From: Dehalococcoidia bacterium
GTDB lineage: Bacteria; Chloroflexota; Dehalococcoidia; Lucifugimonadales; UBA3495
Reading direction: 5' to 3'
DNA length: 64,000 nucleotides
Assembly (NCBI GenBank): GCA_965207585.1
Contig: CBDBMT010000002.1
Span: forward strand, 81,740 to 145,739
In this document: positions 54,348 to 63,385 of the stretch, in pieces
Layout: the number at the start of each line of letters is the position of its first letter
Numbering within the stretch: position 1 is the first letter of the stretch
Position numbers and translations under genes: made by a program
Notes under the pieces: model-generated
What the model saw: only the letters and a program-made list of their open reading frames with translations
The model's database searches: none
Told to the model about the DNA's origin: nothing

Positions 54348-55817
54348 ATGACTAAGTGGGTCGCCGCCATCGCCATTCTGCTTATCGTCGTCGCTCCATC
54401 GGTTCTGGTTACGCGAGGGGTCGGCGCTCAGGGAACCATCACGGTTATTGAGCAGGGTGTTGAAAACCAGTTTCCCGACGGATTGCGCTTTCACTTGGAA
54501 GCGCAGAGCCCCAGTCCCATCGAGGAGATCCGGGTTTACGTGCGCAAGCTGGGGCAGTCCAGCCGCAGCGTGTATCGCAGCGTGGAGTTCGAGCCGGGCG
54601 AGCGTATCTCTGGCGAAGCGCTGTTCCAGAGCAAGACGGCCAACGAATTCATCCCCACCGGGACACGACTGTCGTACTACTTTGACATCCGCACCGCCGA
54701 CGGGCAAAGGCTGGAAACCGAACCGCAGGTCCTGGTGTACCTGAACCGCGGGCTTGATTGGGATTCGGTCTCCGATGGGCTGATCAACGTCTATTACTAC
54801 CATCACACCAGCGAATCGGAAAATCGGGCGAACCAGGTGCTGGAGGTCGCAACCGACACCTATGCCCACATGGGCCCGATCCTGGGCGTGGAATTGACCC
54901 AACCCATGAACCTGGTGGTTTATTCGGACTACGCGGACATGCGCGTGGCGCTGCCGCCCAAGTCTCGTGTGGCCGCGCAACAACTGCGCACTCTGGGACA
55001 GGCATTCACCACTGAACGCACATTGTTGGTAGACGGTTCAAGCGACGTTTTTGTAGGCGATAATATACTGAGCACCACCGCGCATGAATTCACGCATCTG
55101 CTGGTGGCCGACGCCGCGGGAACCGCCTACGGCCAGGTGCACACCTGGCTGAACGAGGGCCTGGCCGTATATTCGGAAGGCGGCAACACAGAGTTCGGCT
55201 TCTACGTGAACACCGCCGTACGCAACGACGCCGTGCCGCCGCTTGCCAGCCTGCGCACCTACGCCGGCACACCTGAGGAAACGCTGCGCAACTACGGCTT
55301 GGGTCACTCCGTGGTGACATACTTGCTCGACACTTACGGCAAGGAGAAAATGACCCGGCTGTTTGCCGCCATCCGCACCATGCACAACTTCGAAAAGTCG
55401 TTGGAAGAAGCCTACGGGTTCACCATCGTGGAATTGGATAACGAATGGCGCGAATCGCTGGGCCTATCCCCGCGCGAATTGTCCACACCGGTGTTGCCGG
55501 CTTTCCAGGCAATACCGACCCGACGCCCGACGCCAACGCCCGCGGCGTTAGCCCAGCAGGTTCCAGCTCCCCAGGCCACTGCTCCGGCGACTGCGCCGCC
55601 GACGCCGACCTCCGAGCCGGCTCCCACCTACACGCCAATGCCAGCCCCTGCCACAGCCGTGCAATCCCAGCCGGCTGCGTCATCAGGCGGGGGTTGCGGC
55701 GCCCCGCCTCCTGATACTGCGGGGCGGAGCCTGCCCACAGAGTTAGCATCCGCCGCGCTGCTCGCAGGGCCGCTGGGGTTGCTGGCTTTGGGTGCAACAC
55801 GGCGGCGACGGCGGTGA
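54348..55817 (+). CDS. Secreted peptidase-MA (gluzincin, Peptidase_MA_2-like) protein with a Pro/Thr/Ala-rich stalk and C-terminal TM + poly-Arg tail
   Basis: GGAGG RBS and a signal-like N-terminus. TAHEFTHLLV (HExxH) and WLNEGLAVYSE. The C-terminus reads ...SSGGGCGAPPPDTAGRSLPTELASAALLAGPLGLLALGATRRRRR. Confidence 0.8.
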   Translation: MTKWVAAIAILLIVVAPSVLVTRGVGAQGTITVIEQGVENQFPDGLRFHLEAQSPSPIEEIRVYVRKLGQSSRSVYRSVEFEPGERISGEALFQSKTANEFIPTGTRLSYYFDIRTADGQRLETEPQVLVYLNRGLDWDSVSDGLINVYYYHHTSESENRANQVLEVATDTYAHMGPILGVELTQPMNLVVYSDYADMRVALPPKSRVAAQQLRTLGQAFTTERTLLVDGSSDVFVGDNILSTTAHEFTHLLVADAAGTAYGQVHTWLNEGLAVYSEGGNTEFGFYVNTAVRNDAVPPLASLRTYAGTPEETLRNYGLGHSVVTYLLDTYGKEKMTRLFAAIRTMHNFEKSLEEAYGFTIVELDNEWRESLGLSPRELSTPVLPAFQAIPTRRPTPTPAALAQQVPAPQATAPATAPPTPTSEPAPTYTPMPAPATAVQSQPAASSGGGCGAPPPDTAGRSLPTELASAALLAGPLGLLALGATRRRRR

Positions 55818-55893
55818 GCGGAAACAACTGACCGACTGAACCGAGACCCGGTCGGGCCGTAGAATCTCCCAAACCTGTCCAGGAGGTATTGAA

Positions 55894-56874
55894 ATGCGCG
55901 CAGTTTGGTATGAGGAGAACGGAGACGCTTCGGTACTGCAAGTAGGCGAGATGCCCGACCCGGAGCCGGGGCCCGGCGAGGTGCGAGTTCGGGTGGTCAC
56001 GTCCGGGGTGAACCCGTCGGATTGGAAACGGCGGCAGGGCACGACCGCTCGGATCAGCCACCCGCGCATCATTCCTAACCAAGACGGCGGCGGCATCATC
56101 GACATGGTCGGCGACGGAGTGCCCGAAAGTCGGATCGGCGAGCGGGTATGGCTCTACCAGTCGCAGTTCGGGAGAGCGTTTGGCACCGCGGCAGAGTACA
56201 CCGTGCAACCGTCGAACCGGGCTATTCGGTTACCCGACAACGTCGACTTCGCTCTCGCGTCGGGCTTGGGCGTTCCGGCCCTCACCGCCCACCGCTGCGT
56301 ATTCGCCGACGGGTCGTTGTCCGGCAAGACCGTCCTGGTGCCCGGCGGCGCCGGAGCCGTGGGCAACATGGCGTTGCAGATGGCCCGGCTGGGCGGTGCC
56401 GAGCGCATCATCAGCACGGTGAGTGGCGACGCCAAGGCAGAGATTGCGCGGCAGGCCGGAGCGCAGCACACCGTCAACTATCGAACCGAGGATACCGCTG
56501 CCCGTATCCTGGAGATCACGGACGGCGAAGGCGTCGACCTGATCGTTGAAGTGGACTATTCGGGCAACTTCGCCGTAAGCCAGCGGATCATCAAGCGTGG
56601 CGGCAGCATCGCCATCTACGCCGCCGGCGACGGACCGGCTCCTCCCTTCGAGTTCCCGGTCAGCAACGTCAACGTGCGACACGTGCTGGTGTACGACATG
56701 GCCGAAGATGCCAAGAGCGCGGGCGTGGAGGACACCAACCGCTGGCTGGCCTCTGGAGAACTGGTCGGAATGGACGGGCCGCACTTCCCGCTGGAAGACA
56801 CCGCCGGCGCCCACGAGGCCGTGCGGGCAGCCACCGTGGGCAAGGTTGTCATCGACGTCAGCGAGGGCAGCTGA
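55894..56874 (+). CDS. NADPH:quinone oxidoreductase / zinc-independent MDR-family dehydrogenase
   Basis: AGGAGG RBS. MRAVWYEENGDASVLQVGEMPDPEPGPGEVRVRVVTSGVNPSD..., LVPGGAGAVG cofactor motif. Confidence 0.8.
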   Translation: MRAVWYEENGDASVLQVGEMPDPEPGPGEVRVRVVTSGVNPSDWKRRQGTTARISHPRIIPNQDGGGIIDMVGDGVPESRIGERVWLYQSQFGRAFGTAAEYTVQPSNRAIRLPDNVDFALASGLGVPALTAHRCVFADGSLSGKTVLVPGGAGAVGNMALQMARLGGAERIISTVSGDAKAEIARQAGAQHTVNYRTEDTAARILEITDGEGVDLIVEVDYSGNFAVSQRIIKRGGSIAIYAAGDGPAPPFEFPVSNVNVRHVLVYDMAEDAKSAGVEDTNRWLASGELVGMDGPHFPLEDTAGAHEAVRAATVGKVVIDVSEGS

Positions 56875-56919
56875 CCATCAGCTCCTCCCCGCCTCGCGAC
56901 CGAACACCCGCACTGTCGC

Positions 56920-57387
56920 CTAGCGGTTTTCGAACCGGGCGGGACGCTCCACCATGGCGCGCTCCAGCGCGACCTTGAGCCGCTCGCTGAAAAAGCGGCT
57001 GGTGGATGAGATGATGCGGTGCTCCTGGCGGTCCTCCCGCGGGGTGGGCAGCGTCACGATGACGTGATAAACCTTGAACTTGTTGGAGCGGATGCGGTTG
57101 CTCCACCAGGTGACCGCCACCGCCACCAGCACCACGAAGATCCCCATGGTCAGCCAGGCGCCGGCGAAGCCGCCTACCGCCGCAACGGCAAACCCGATGA
57201 TTCCGCCACCGCCCACGGTGCGCCACCATCGGATCGGCGGCCGGTCCGATTCCTCCTCAACGATCTCCATGTCCACGGCGAGGATGTCCTCGATGCGGTA
57301 TTCTTTGCCTTCGGGTTCGATAAACCGCTCGTAGGTCACGAGCACCCCGTGCTCTTTGAACAAGACCCGGTCTTTGGATACCGCCAT
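56920..57387 (-). CDS. Hypothetical membrane protein (two central TM helices)
   Basis: 155-aa ORF with ...GGGGIIGFAVAAVGGFAGAWLTMGIFVVLVAVAVTWW... No confident family call. Confidence 0.45.
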   Translation of the reverse strand: MAVSKDRVLFKEHGVLVTYERFIEPEGKEYRIEDILAVDMEIVEEESDRPPIRWWRTVGGGGIIGFAVAAVGGFAGAWLTMGIFVVLVAVAVTWWSNRIRSNKFKVYHVIVTLPTPREDRQEHRIISSTSRFFSERLKVALERAMVERPARFENR

Positions 57388-57417
57388 GGGTCGGGCTCCT
57401 TCGACACGCCGGCACGG

Positions 57418-58188
57418 CTACTGCGCCGTGGTGCCGCCGTCGATCACCAGCTCGGAACCGGTCATGAACGACGATTCGTCCGATGCCAGGAAGACTATGC
57501 CGTACGCGATGTCGTCGGCGTTGCCGACCCGTCCCATGGGAATCTGCTCGTTGATCCAGGTGAAGTGCCGCTCGTTCTCGTAGCTGCGAGCCGTTAACGG
57601 AGTGCGGCAGTAGCCGGGGTGAATAGAGTTGGCTCGGATATTGTCACCGGCGTACTGGATGGCAGTGGACTTGGTCAACAGACGAATCGCCCCCTTGCCG
57701 GCATGGTAAGCGGTGGATGTCGGGCTCCCCACCAGGCCGTAGATTGAGGAGATGTTGACGATGGAACCACCGCCGGCCTTGAGCATCTCAGGGATGGCGT
57801 GCTTGGTTCCAAGGAAGGTTCCCTTGCCATGCACGTCTATCTGGCCGTCCCATGCCTCCTCGGTGGTCTCCTCAACCGTATAGCGGGCGCCGGATCCGGC
57901 ATTGTTCACCAGGACGTTCAGGGTCCCGTACGCGGACACGGTGGCGGCAACGGCGTCGATCCAGTCCTGCTCCTGGGTCACGTCGAGCTTGACGAAAATA
58001 GCGTCACCGCCGCCGGCGCGGATCTGCTCGGCGGTGCGTTCGCCGCCCTCGGTATTGATGTCTCCCAATACGACTTTGGCTCCCTCGCGACAGAACATCC
58101 GGGCGGCCGCTCCGCCGAAGCCCATGAGCTCGCCTTCGACACCGCTGGCGGCTCCACTGATGAGCGCAACCTTGCCTTCCAATCGCAT
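57418..58188 (-). CDS. SDR-family oxidoreductase with an insertion in the glycine-rich motif
   Basis: KVALISGAASGVEGELMGFGGAAARMF, NNAG, YHAGKGA catalytic motif. Confidence 0.8.
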   Translation of the reverse strand: MRLEGKVALISGAASGVEGELMGFGGAAARMFCREGAKVVLGDINTEGGERTAEQIRAGGGDAIFVKLDVTQEQDWIDAVAATVSAYGTLNVLVNNAGSGARYTVEETTEEAWDGQIDVHGKGTFLGTKHAIPEMLKAGGGSIVNISSIYGLVGSPTSTAYHAGKGAIRLLTKSTAIQYAGDNIRANSIHPGYCRTPLTARSYENERHFTWINEQIPMGRVGNADDIAYGIVFLASDESSFMTGSELVIDGGTTAQ

Positions 58189-58330
58189 CGCGCAACCTCC
58201 TGCCTTCCGCTCCTTGACTGTACAACGCCGGCATTATAGCAGGGGCGACTGCGGTTTCTGACGATGCAAGACAGCTACGCAGGAAACGCTGACAGGTATC
58301 GGTACGCTCCATTTGGGCCTTCCGAGCGGT

Positions 58331-58362
58331 TATAATGCGCGCCGTATAGTATCGAATACTAT
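58331..58362 (+). promoter_or_regulatory. Candidate -10 (TATAAT 58331-58336) followed by a 17-bp perfect palindrome ATAGTATcgaATACTAT (58346-58362), a possible operator
   Basis: Seen directly, in the divergent intergenic region between the SDR (minus strand) and MBL (plus strand) genes. Confidence 0.3.
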
Positions 58363-58392
58363 TGCCATGCCCGCGCCAGGAGGAACTCCCCA

Positions 58393-59526
58393 ATGCCCGA
58401 CTACTTCAATGAGATCGATGTCCTCCGTAACGGCGACTCGGCCGGCAACGGCATGACCCTACGGCTGACTGATGGCTACGGGCGAACCATCCACACCGTC
58501 GCCGTCCCGCAGGAGGGACACTCCCATACCGGTCCTACGTGGTCGTACATCTTCGAAAACGAAGGGCTGACGCTCATCGACCCCGGCGCCGAGGCATCGT
58601 TCGACCTGTTGCGGACGGGGATGGCGTTAGGCGGTCTCGAAGTCCGGGACATTGACCGAGTAATCATCACTCACGGGCACGCCGACCACGACGGCGGTGT
58701 GGCGCGGGTGATCGAGCAGTCGGGAGCGGAGCTGTGGGCGCACGACATCTACCAGCCGCTGCTGCCCTTCGATCCCCGGGACCTGCAAATGGCGACCAAT
58801 TCGCCAATCAAAGAGGCGATGTGGTCCACCGCGCGAGCCAACGGATTCACGCACTCGGATTCCGAAGAGCGGCAACGGTACATGGCTTCCCGTCGCACGC
58901 ACCACGTGGGTCACCCCATTGTTCACGGCGAACAACAGGGCATGCTGACCTACATGCACGCGCCGGGACACTCGCCGGACGAGATCTGCGCGGTCATCGG
59001 CAACGGGACGGGCAGCGACATCGTTTTCACCGGGGACCACGTGCTGCCTGAAATCAGCCCGCATCCCACGATGAAGACCGATTACAGCGGCGAGGTGCGC
59101 CGCAACCTGCCCGTTCACTACCAGGATCCCGACGATTCCTACGGACTGCTGACCTATCTGCGCTCGCTCCAGCGGGTGGCCGACCTGGGAACTGAGGTGG
59201 CCATCCTGCCGGCGCACCGGCTGTACAACAACCACAAGTTCAACTTCCAGACGGCGCAGCGGGCGGCGGATCTGATCCGGTTCCACGCCAGGCGACTGGG
59301 CCGCATACTCGTCACGGCCGGGCCGGAACCACAGCCTTTGGAGGACGTGACGCGCCTTACCTTTGAGCGACGCAAGCTGGAAGGCGGAAATTTCTTCGCG
59401 GCGTTGACCGAAGTGGTCGCCCACGTAGAGCTCCTGGAAGACTCTGGCGATTTGGAGATTACCGACGAGCTGCGGCTGCGGCGAACCGGGCGAGAGAACT
59501 ACCAGGAGCTGCTGCGGGCGTTGTGA
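58393..59526 (+). CDS. MBL-fold metallo-hydrolase
   Basis: AGGAGG RBS. ...LTLIDPG..., ITHGHADHDGG (HxHxDH), ...HAPGHSPDE... Confidence 0.85.
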   Translation: MPDYFNEIDVLRNGDSAGNGMTLRLTDGYGRTIHTVAVPQEGHSHTGPTWSYIFENEGLTLIDPGAEASFDLLRTGMALGGLEVRDIDRVIITHGHADHDGGVARVIEQSGAELWAHDIYQPLLPFDPRDLQMATNSPIKEAMWSTARANGFTHSDSEERQRYMASRRTHHVGHPIVHGEQQGMLTYMHAPGHSPDEICAVIGNGTGSDIVFTGDHVLPEISPHPTMKTDYSGEVRRNLPVHYQDPDDSYGLLTYLRSLQRVADLGTEVAILPAHRLYNNHKFNFQTAQRAADLIRFHARRLGRILVTAGPEPQPLEDVTRLTFERRKLEGGNFFAALTEVVAHVELLEDSGDLEITDELRLRRTGRENYQELLRAL

Positions 59527-59534
59527 CCGGAGAG

Positions 59535-59945
59535 ATGAACATGCCCCAAATGAGCCCGATGCAACCATACGATGAGCTCATTGAGACCATCGCAGACTAT
59601 CGGCTTCAATCCCGGGAATTCCTGGCGAAGAGTCGCACCTATCTGGCCGACGACGATCTGCACCACGCTTCCGAAAAAGGCTGGGGCGCCGCGGCTTGGA
59701 TGGCCAAAGCCGTTGCCACCGCGCAAGAGTGGCAGTATGACAAGCACGAGCATTTCGGCGAGGTGCTCTATCAGGCGGGTAAGCTGACCGGAGACGACCG
59801 GATACGGGTACTCCGGGAGATTGCCAACGGCCTGCACGGCAACTTCTACCAGCGCAAGCGATTCCTGCACGCTGACAACATCGCCAGTAGCCTGGACGAG
59901 GTTGCAACGCTCCTGGATTTGCTGGAGCCGCTGACCGAACGCTAA
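59535..59945 (+). CDS. PaREP1-like helical protein, copy 3
   Basis: ATG at 59535 after GGAGAG (a GTG at 59523 would overlap the MBL stop). ...HHASEKGWGAAAWMAKAVATAQEWQYDKHEHF... Confidence 0.6.
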   Translation: MNMPQMSPMQPYDELIETIADYRLQSREFLAKSRTYLADDDLHHASEKGWGAAAWMAKAVATAQEWQYDKHEHFGEVLYQAGKLTGDDRIRVLREIANGLHGNFYQRKRFLHADNIASSLDEVATLLDLLEPLTER

Positions 59946-59970
59946 ATCGCCCGACACGGAGGGGATCATC

Positions 59971-60753
59971 ATGTCTTTGGAAGGAAAGGTTGCGCTGGTG
60001 ACCGGCGCCGGTCGCGGCATGGGTCGGGCCACGGCGCTGGCATTGGCCAATGATGGGGCAGACGTCGCCGTCACCGACATCCTGGCCGACGCAGTGGAGG
60101 AAACCTCGACCGACGTAAGGGCCACCGGCCGCAACAGCGTTGCCATCGCCGCGGACATCGGCGACGGCGGCGACATCGACCGGGTCATCGCGGACGCCGT
60201 GAGCGCGCTGGGCAGGGTGGACATCCTGGTGAACAACGCCGGCGTGACCCGGTATCTGGACATCATGGACATCACCGAGGATGACTGGGACCGCATCCAC
60301 CGGGTGAACGCCCGGGGAGCATTCTTCGTCATGCAGCGCACCGCCCGGCAGATGATCGACCAGGGCGACGGCGGGCGCATCGTCAACATCGCGTCCATCG
60401 CCGGCAAGGGATATCGCGGCACCTCCAACGCGGCCTACGCCGCCAGCAAGGGCGCCGTCATCTCCATGACTTTGATCGCGGCGCACCAGTTGGCCCGCTA
60501 CGACATCAACGTCAACGCCATCTGCCCCGGTTCCACGATCACGGCGATGTCAACCAGCACGATGGAGCAGCGAGCGGCGGAGATGGGGATATCTGTGGAT
60601 GAGTTGCAGTCCCAGCGGGCCTCGAACATCCCCATCGGGCGCGCCAACGAACCGGAAGACATCGCGGCCATGGCCGCGTTTCTGGCGAGCCCGGGAGCGC
60701 GGAACATCACCGGTCAGACCATCAACGTGGACGGCGGGCTGGTGATGCACTAG
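59971..60753 (+). CDS. SDR-family oxidoreductase (FabG-like)
   Basis: KVALVTGAGRGMGRATA, NNAG, YAASKGA, PGSTIT. Confidence 0.85.
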   Translation: MSLEGKVALVTGAGRGMGRATALALANDGADVAVTDILADAVEETSTDVRATGRNSVAIAADIGDGGDIDRVIADAVSALGRVDILVNNAGVTRYLDIMDITEDDWDRIHRVNARGAFFVMQRTARQMIDQGDGGRIVNIASIAGKGYRGTSNAAYAASKGAVISMTLIAAHQLARYDINVNAICPGSTITAMSTSTMEQRAAEMGISVDELQSQRASNIPIGRANEPEDIAAMAAFLASPGARNITGQTINVDGGLVMH

Positions 60754-60778
60754 ATCCCTCCGCTCACCGTTTCGACGG

Positions 60779-61552
60779 TCAGGTTACCAGCACGGCCTGA
60801 CGGGTTTCGGCAGATAGCTGGGCTTCCAGTTCGGCGGTGCGACGAGTCATCGCCTCAAGATCGGCATTGAATTGGGACAGGGTTTCAGCGTGCTCCACGC
60901 GAGCTGCGCGAACCTTGCGCAATTCCCGGTAGACGGCCCAGGCGGTCAGGACCGGCCCGATCACCAGGCCCACTATCGAGATGGCGCCGAGGGCGAAGCG
61001 CACCCCCGTGGAGGCCGCGATAGACCCGGTAGCCCCGCCGCCCGCAGCAGCGAACCTGGGCGCAAACCCGGCAACGCGGGGCGCAAAAGCCAGAAAACGG
61101 CCGGTGACCGGACTCAACAGGCGCAGGATGTTGCCAGAGGACGTTTTCCAAACAGTTGAGGCTGCGAAACTGGCTCCGTAGCGGCCCACGATGAAGGCCG
61201 ATGACCCCTTGGGCGCCTGGTGCAACAGCGGTTGCTTATTCCCGAAAGGCAGCCGCACCGGTATGCGGAACCTTCGTTTCGCTGCGGCATCAGGTTCCGG
61301 TTGCGGCTGCAAAATTTCCGGCAACGGCGGCTCGGGCAAACCCAGATCGGCGCATAGCTGGCGCTGACGCTCGTGCTGGATTTGCATCGCTTCAATATGC
61401 CCCTGTCGGGCCATGTCCAACTCCCGATGCAATCGGGTCAGTTGGCGATGGGCGCGTACCTTGACCACGGCCTGGATAACGGCGCAAATGCCAGCCATAA
61501 CTATGGCCGCGATGATGGACGAAGTTAGAACCGTTACGATATTCGATCCCAT
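60779..61552 (-). CDS. Hypothetical membrane/coiled-coil protein
   Basis: Trimmed to the ATG at 61552. N-terminal TM, a coiled-coil-like Q/R/E-rich stretch, a Pro-rich linker, a second TM and a C-terminal coiled coil. Confidence 0.45.
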   Translation of the reverse strand: MGSNIVTVLTSSIIAAIVMAGICAVIQAVVKVRAHRQLTRLHRELDMARQGHIEAMQIQHERQRQLCADLGLPEPPLPEILQPQPEPDAAAKRRFRIPVRLPFGNKQPLLHQAPKGSSAFIVGRYGASFAASTVWKTSSGNILRLLSPVTGRFLAFAPRVAGFAPRFAAAGGGATGSIAASTGVRFALGAISIVGLVIGPVLTAWAVYRELRKVRAARVEHAETLSQFNADLEAMTRRTAELEAQLSAETRQAVLVT

Positions 61553-61623
61553 AATCGTGTAGGTTTTTGGACCTTGGGAATGGAGCGCAGGTTGCCGCGG
61601 GTGACAGCCAGGGACGCCGGGCG

Positions 61624-62271
61624 TCACAGACTGTAACTGCCGATGACGCGCCACTGGAGGTCGGTCGCCCACCGCCCTCCCGACCAGTCATCACCGGCGG
61701 CGTTCGACTCGAAACGGGTCAGTGTCAATCGCCATGCGCGGGTGATCTGAGAGACCTTGAGGTCATCGGTCACGGAGCGGGCGAACTCGACGGCGCTGTC
61801 AAAGACCGAGTCGGGCAGGTTCGCGTGGGAGAGCAACGGCATCTGGGGCGGAAAGTCGGGGCCGAACACGCGCCGGGGGCTCCTCACGCCAGGATTGCGC
61901 TCCAACAGATCCGCGACCATAGCCTGCAACCGGTACAGCGATTCGTTGACCACCTCCGGAGAGAAGTCGAGCCAGATGTTGCCATCGTTGTCAATGTCCC
62001 GCGTGGTGGTGATGCCCCGGTTGAAGAGAGGGAAACGGGGAGAAACACGACGGTACCGTTCGGCGAGTTGCTCAAGTTCTCTGGCCAGTTGGTTTTCGGC
62101 GCTTTGGTCATCGACCCCGTCGAAGGGGAAATAGTCGGACATCAACATGTGCAGCATGTGCATCTCGGCGGCCCAGCAAGCGAACTGGCCGCAGATCAGC
62201 TGCCGGGCGCGATACGCGCGGGCGGTGAACTCAGGGTCGGTGAGGAGGCTCACGCCGTAGCGGACTGACAT
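61624..62271 (-). CDS. Hypothetical protein
   Basis: 215-aa ORF with coding-like composition. No motif I can defend. Confidence 0.45.
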   Translation of the reverse strand: MSVRYGVSLLTDPEFTARAYRARQLICGQFACWAAEMHMLHMLMSDYFPFDGVDDQSAENQLARELEQLAERYRRVSPRFPLFNRGITTTRDIDNDGNIWLDFSPEVVNESLYRLQAMVADLLERNPGVRSPRRVFGPDFPPQMPLLSHANLPDSVFDSAVEFARSVTDDLKVSQITRAWRLTLTRFESNAAGDDWSGGRWATDLQWRVIGSYSL

Positions 62272-62305
62272 GACGGTGCCGGATCGTGCTGACGCTGGCG
62301 GGCGC

Positions 62306-63253
62306 TTACTTCGTTGCGCCCAGGGCTTTTTTGACGCCCCGGTACATCCTGCGGAACGGACGCCGCCGCTGATGCAGGTTGTGGGCGATCAGCGGAGCGA
62401 GGGTGGGATTAGCCGCCACCAGCGGCGCGACCCATTTGCGCAACTCCGCCATGGTGGGAGGTTGCTCGTCCCAGGTTGGCACCAGAGATTCCAGGGGATG
62501 CCATTGTTTGCGACCGGACAACCGGGTCATTACCGTGCCGCCGGCCTCCTGCACGGCCACGGCTCCGCCCAGCATGTCCCACATGCGTGGCGCGCCGATG
62601 ACGGCGAACTGCATCACTCCGAGGGCAGTCATCGCAAGCTCGTAGGCGATGCTCCCGGTAACACGCAGCTGTCCCAAAGGCTGACCCTTCAGACCCTTGC
62701 CAACCCGCGTGGAGGCGCCGAAAGAGCCTGGAAGACCGATGAGACGATCGCCCCGGGGTTTCTCCGCCTCGTATACGGAAATGGGCTCGCCGTCCGCGAA
62801 AGCCCCACCGCCAGCATGACAATGAACCACAACACCGGATGAGTTGGCAGACGGCCAGGGAATGTACACTGCCCCCGCCAGCGGGCGGCCCCGGTGCAGC
62901 ACGCCGATTGACGAAGCGTATACCGGCAAGCCGTTCATGAAGTTTGTCGTCCCGTCCAGCGGATCCAATACCCACAGGAAATCGGCGGCGAAACGCTCAC
63001 CGTCGGCGCTGGCATCGTCCTCCTCGCCCAGAATGCCGTGCTCCGGGAACCGTCGCGTGATCTGATCCACCAGGTAGGCCTGGGTCTCCTTGTCGGCGGC
63101 GGTAACCGGATCCTGTCGGGCTTTGTCCTTGTATTCGACATTGAGCGCACGCCCGAAGTGGCCAGCCAGCAGGTCGCCCGCCCCGCGGGCGAATTCCACC
63201 GCGGCGGATTCGATTTCTACGCCGGTCGATTCCCGAATCTGGTTCGCTGCCAT
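62306..63253 (-). CDS. Inositol monophosphatase family protein (SuhB/ImpA-like) with a basic C-terminal extension
   Basis: Trimmed to the ATG at 63253. ...GILGEEDD..., WVLDPLDGTTNF, ...WDMLGG... Confidence 0.85.
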   Translation of the reverse strand: MAANQIRESTGVEIESAAVEFARGAGDLLAGHFGRALNVEYKDKARQDPVTAADKETQAYLVDQITRRFPEHGILGEEDDASADGERFAADFLWVLDPLDGTTNFMNGLPVYASSIGVLHRGRPLAGAVYIPWPSANSSGVVVHCHAGGGAFADGEPISVYEAEKPRGDRLIGLPGSFGASTRVGKGLKGQPLGQLRVTGSIAYELAMTALGVMQFAVIGAPRMWDMLGGAVAVQEAGGTVMTRLSGRKQWHPLESLVPTWDEQPPTMAELRKWVAPLVAANPTLAPLIAHNLHQRRRPFRRMYRGVKKALGATK

Positions 63254-63385
63254 ATCGCTGGCGATTGTACACCATCTACGCACGGTGGCAGGCCAGTCGA
63301 ATACGGAGGTGATGGGTTCACATCGTCGCCGTTGGGAGTGGATTCGGCTGTTATAATCCCGTGCAGCATTCGAGGAGGCCGGGCA

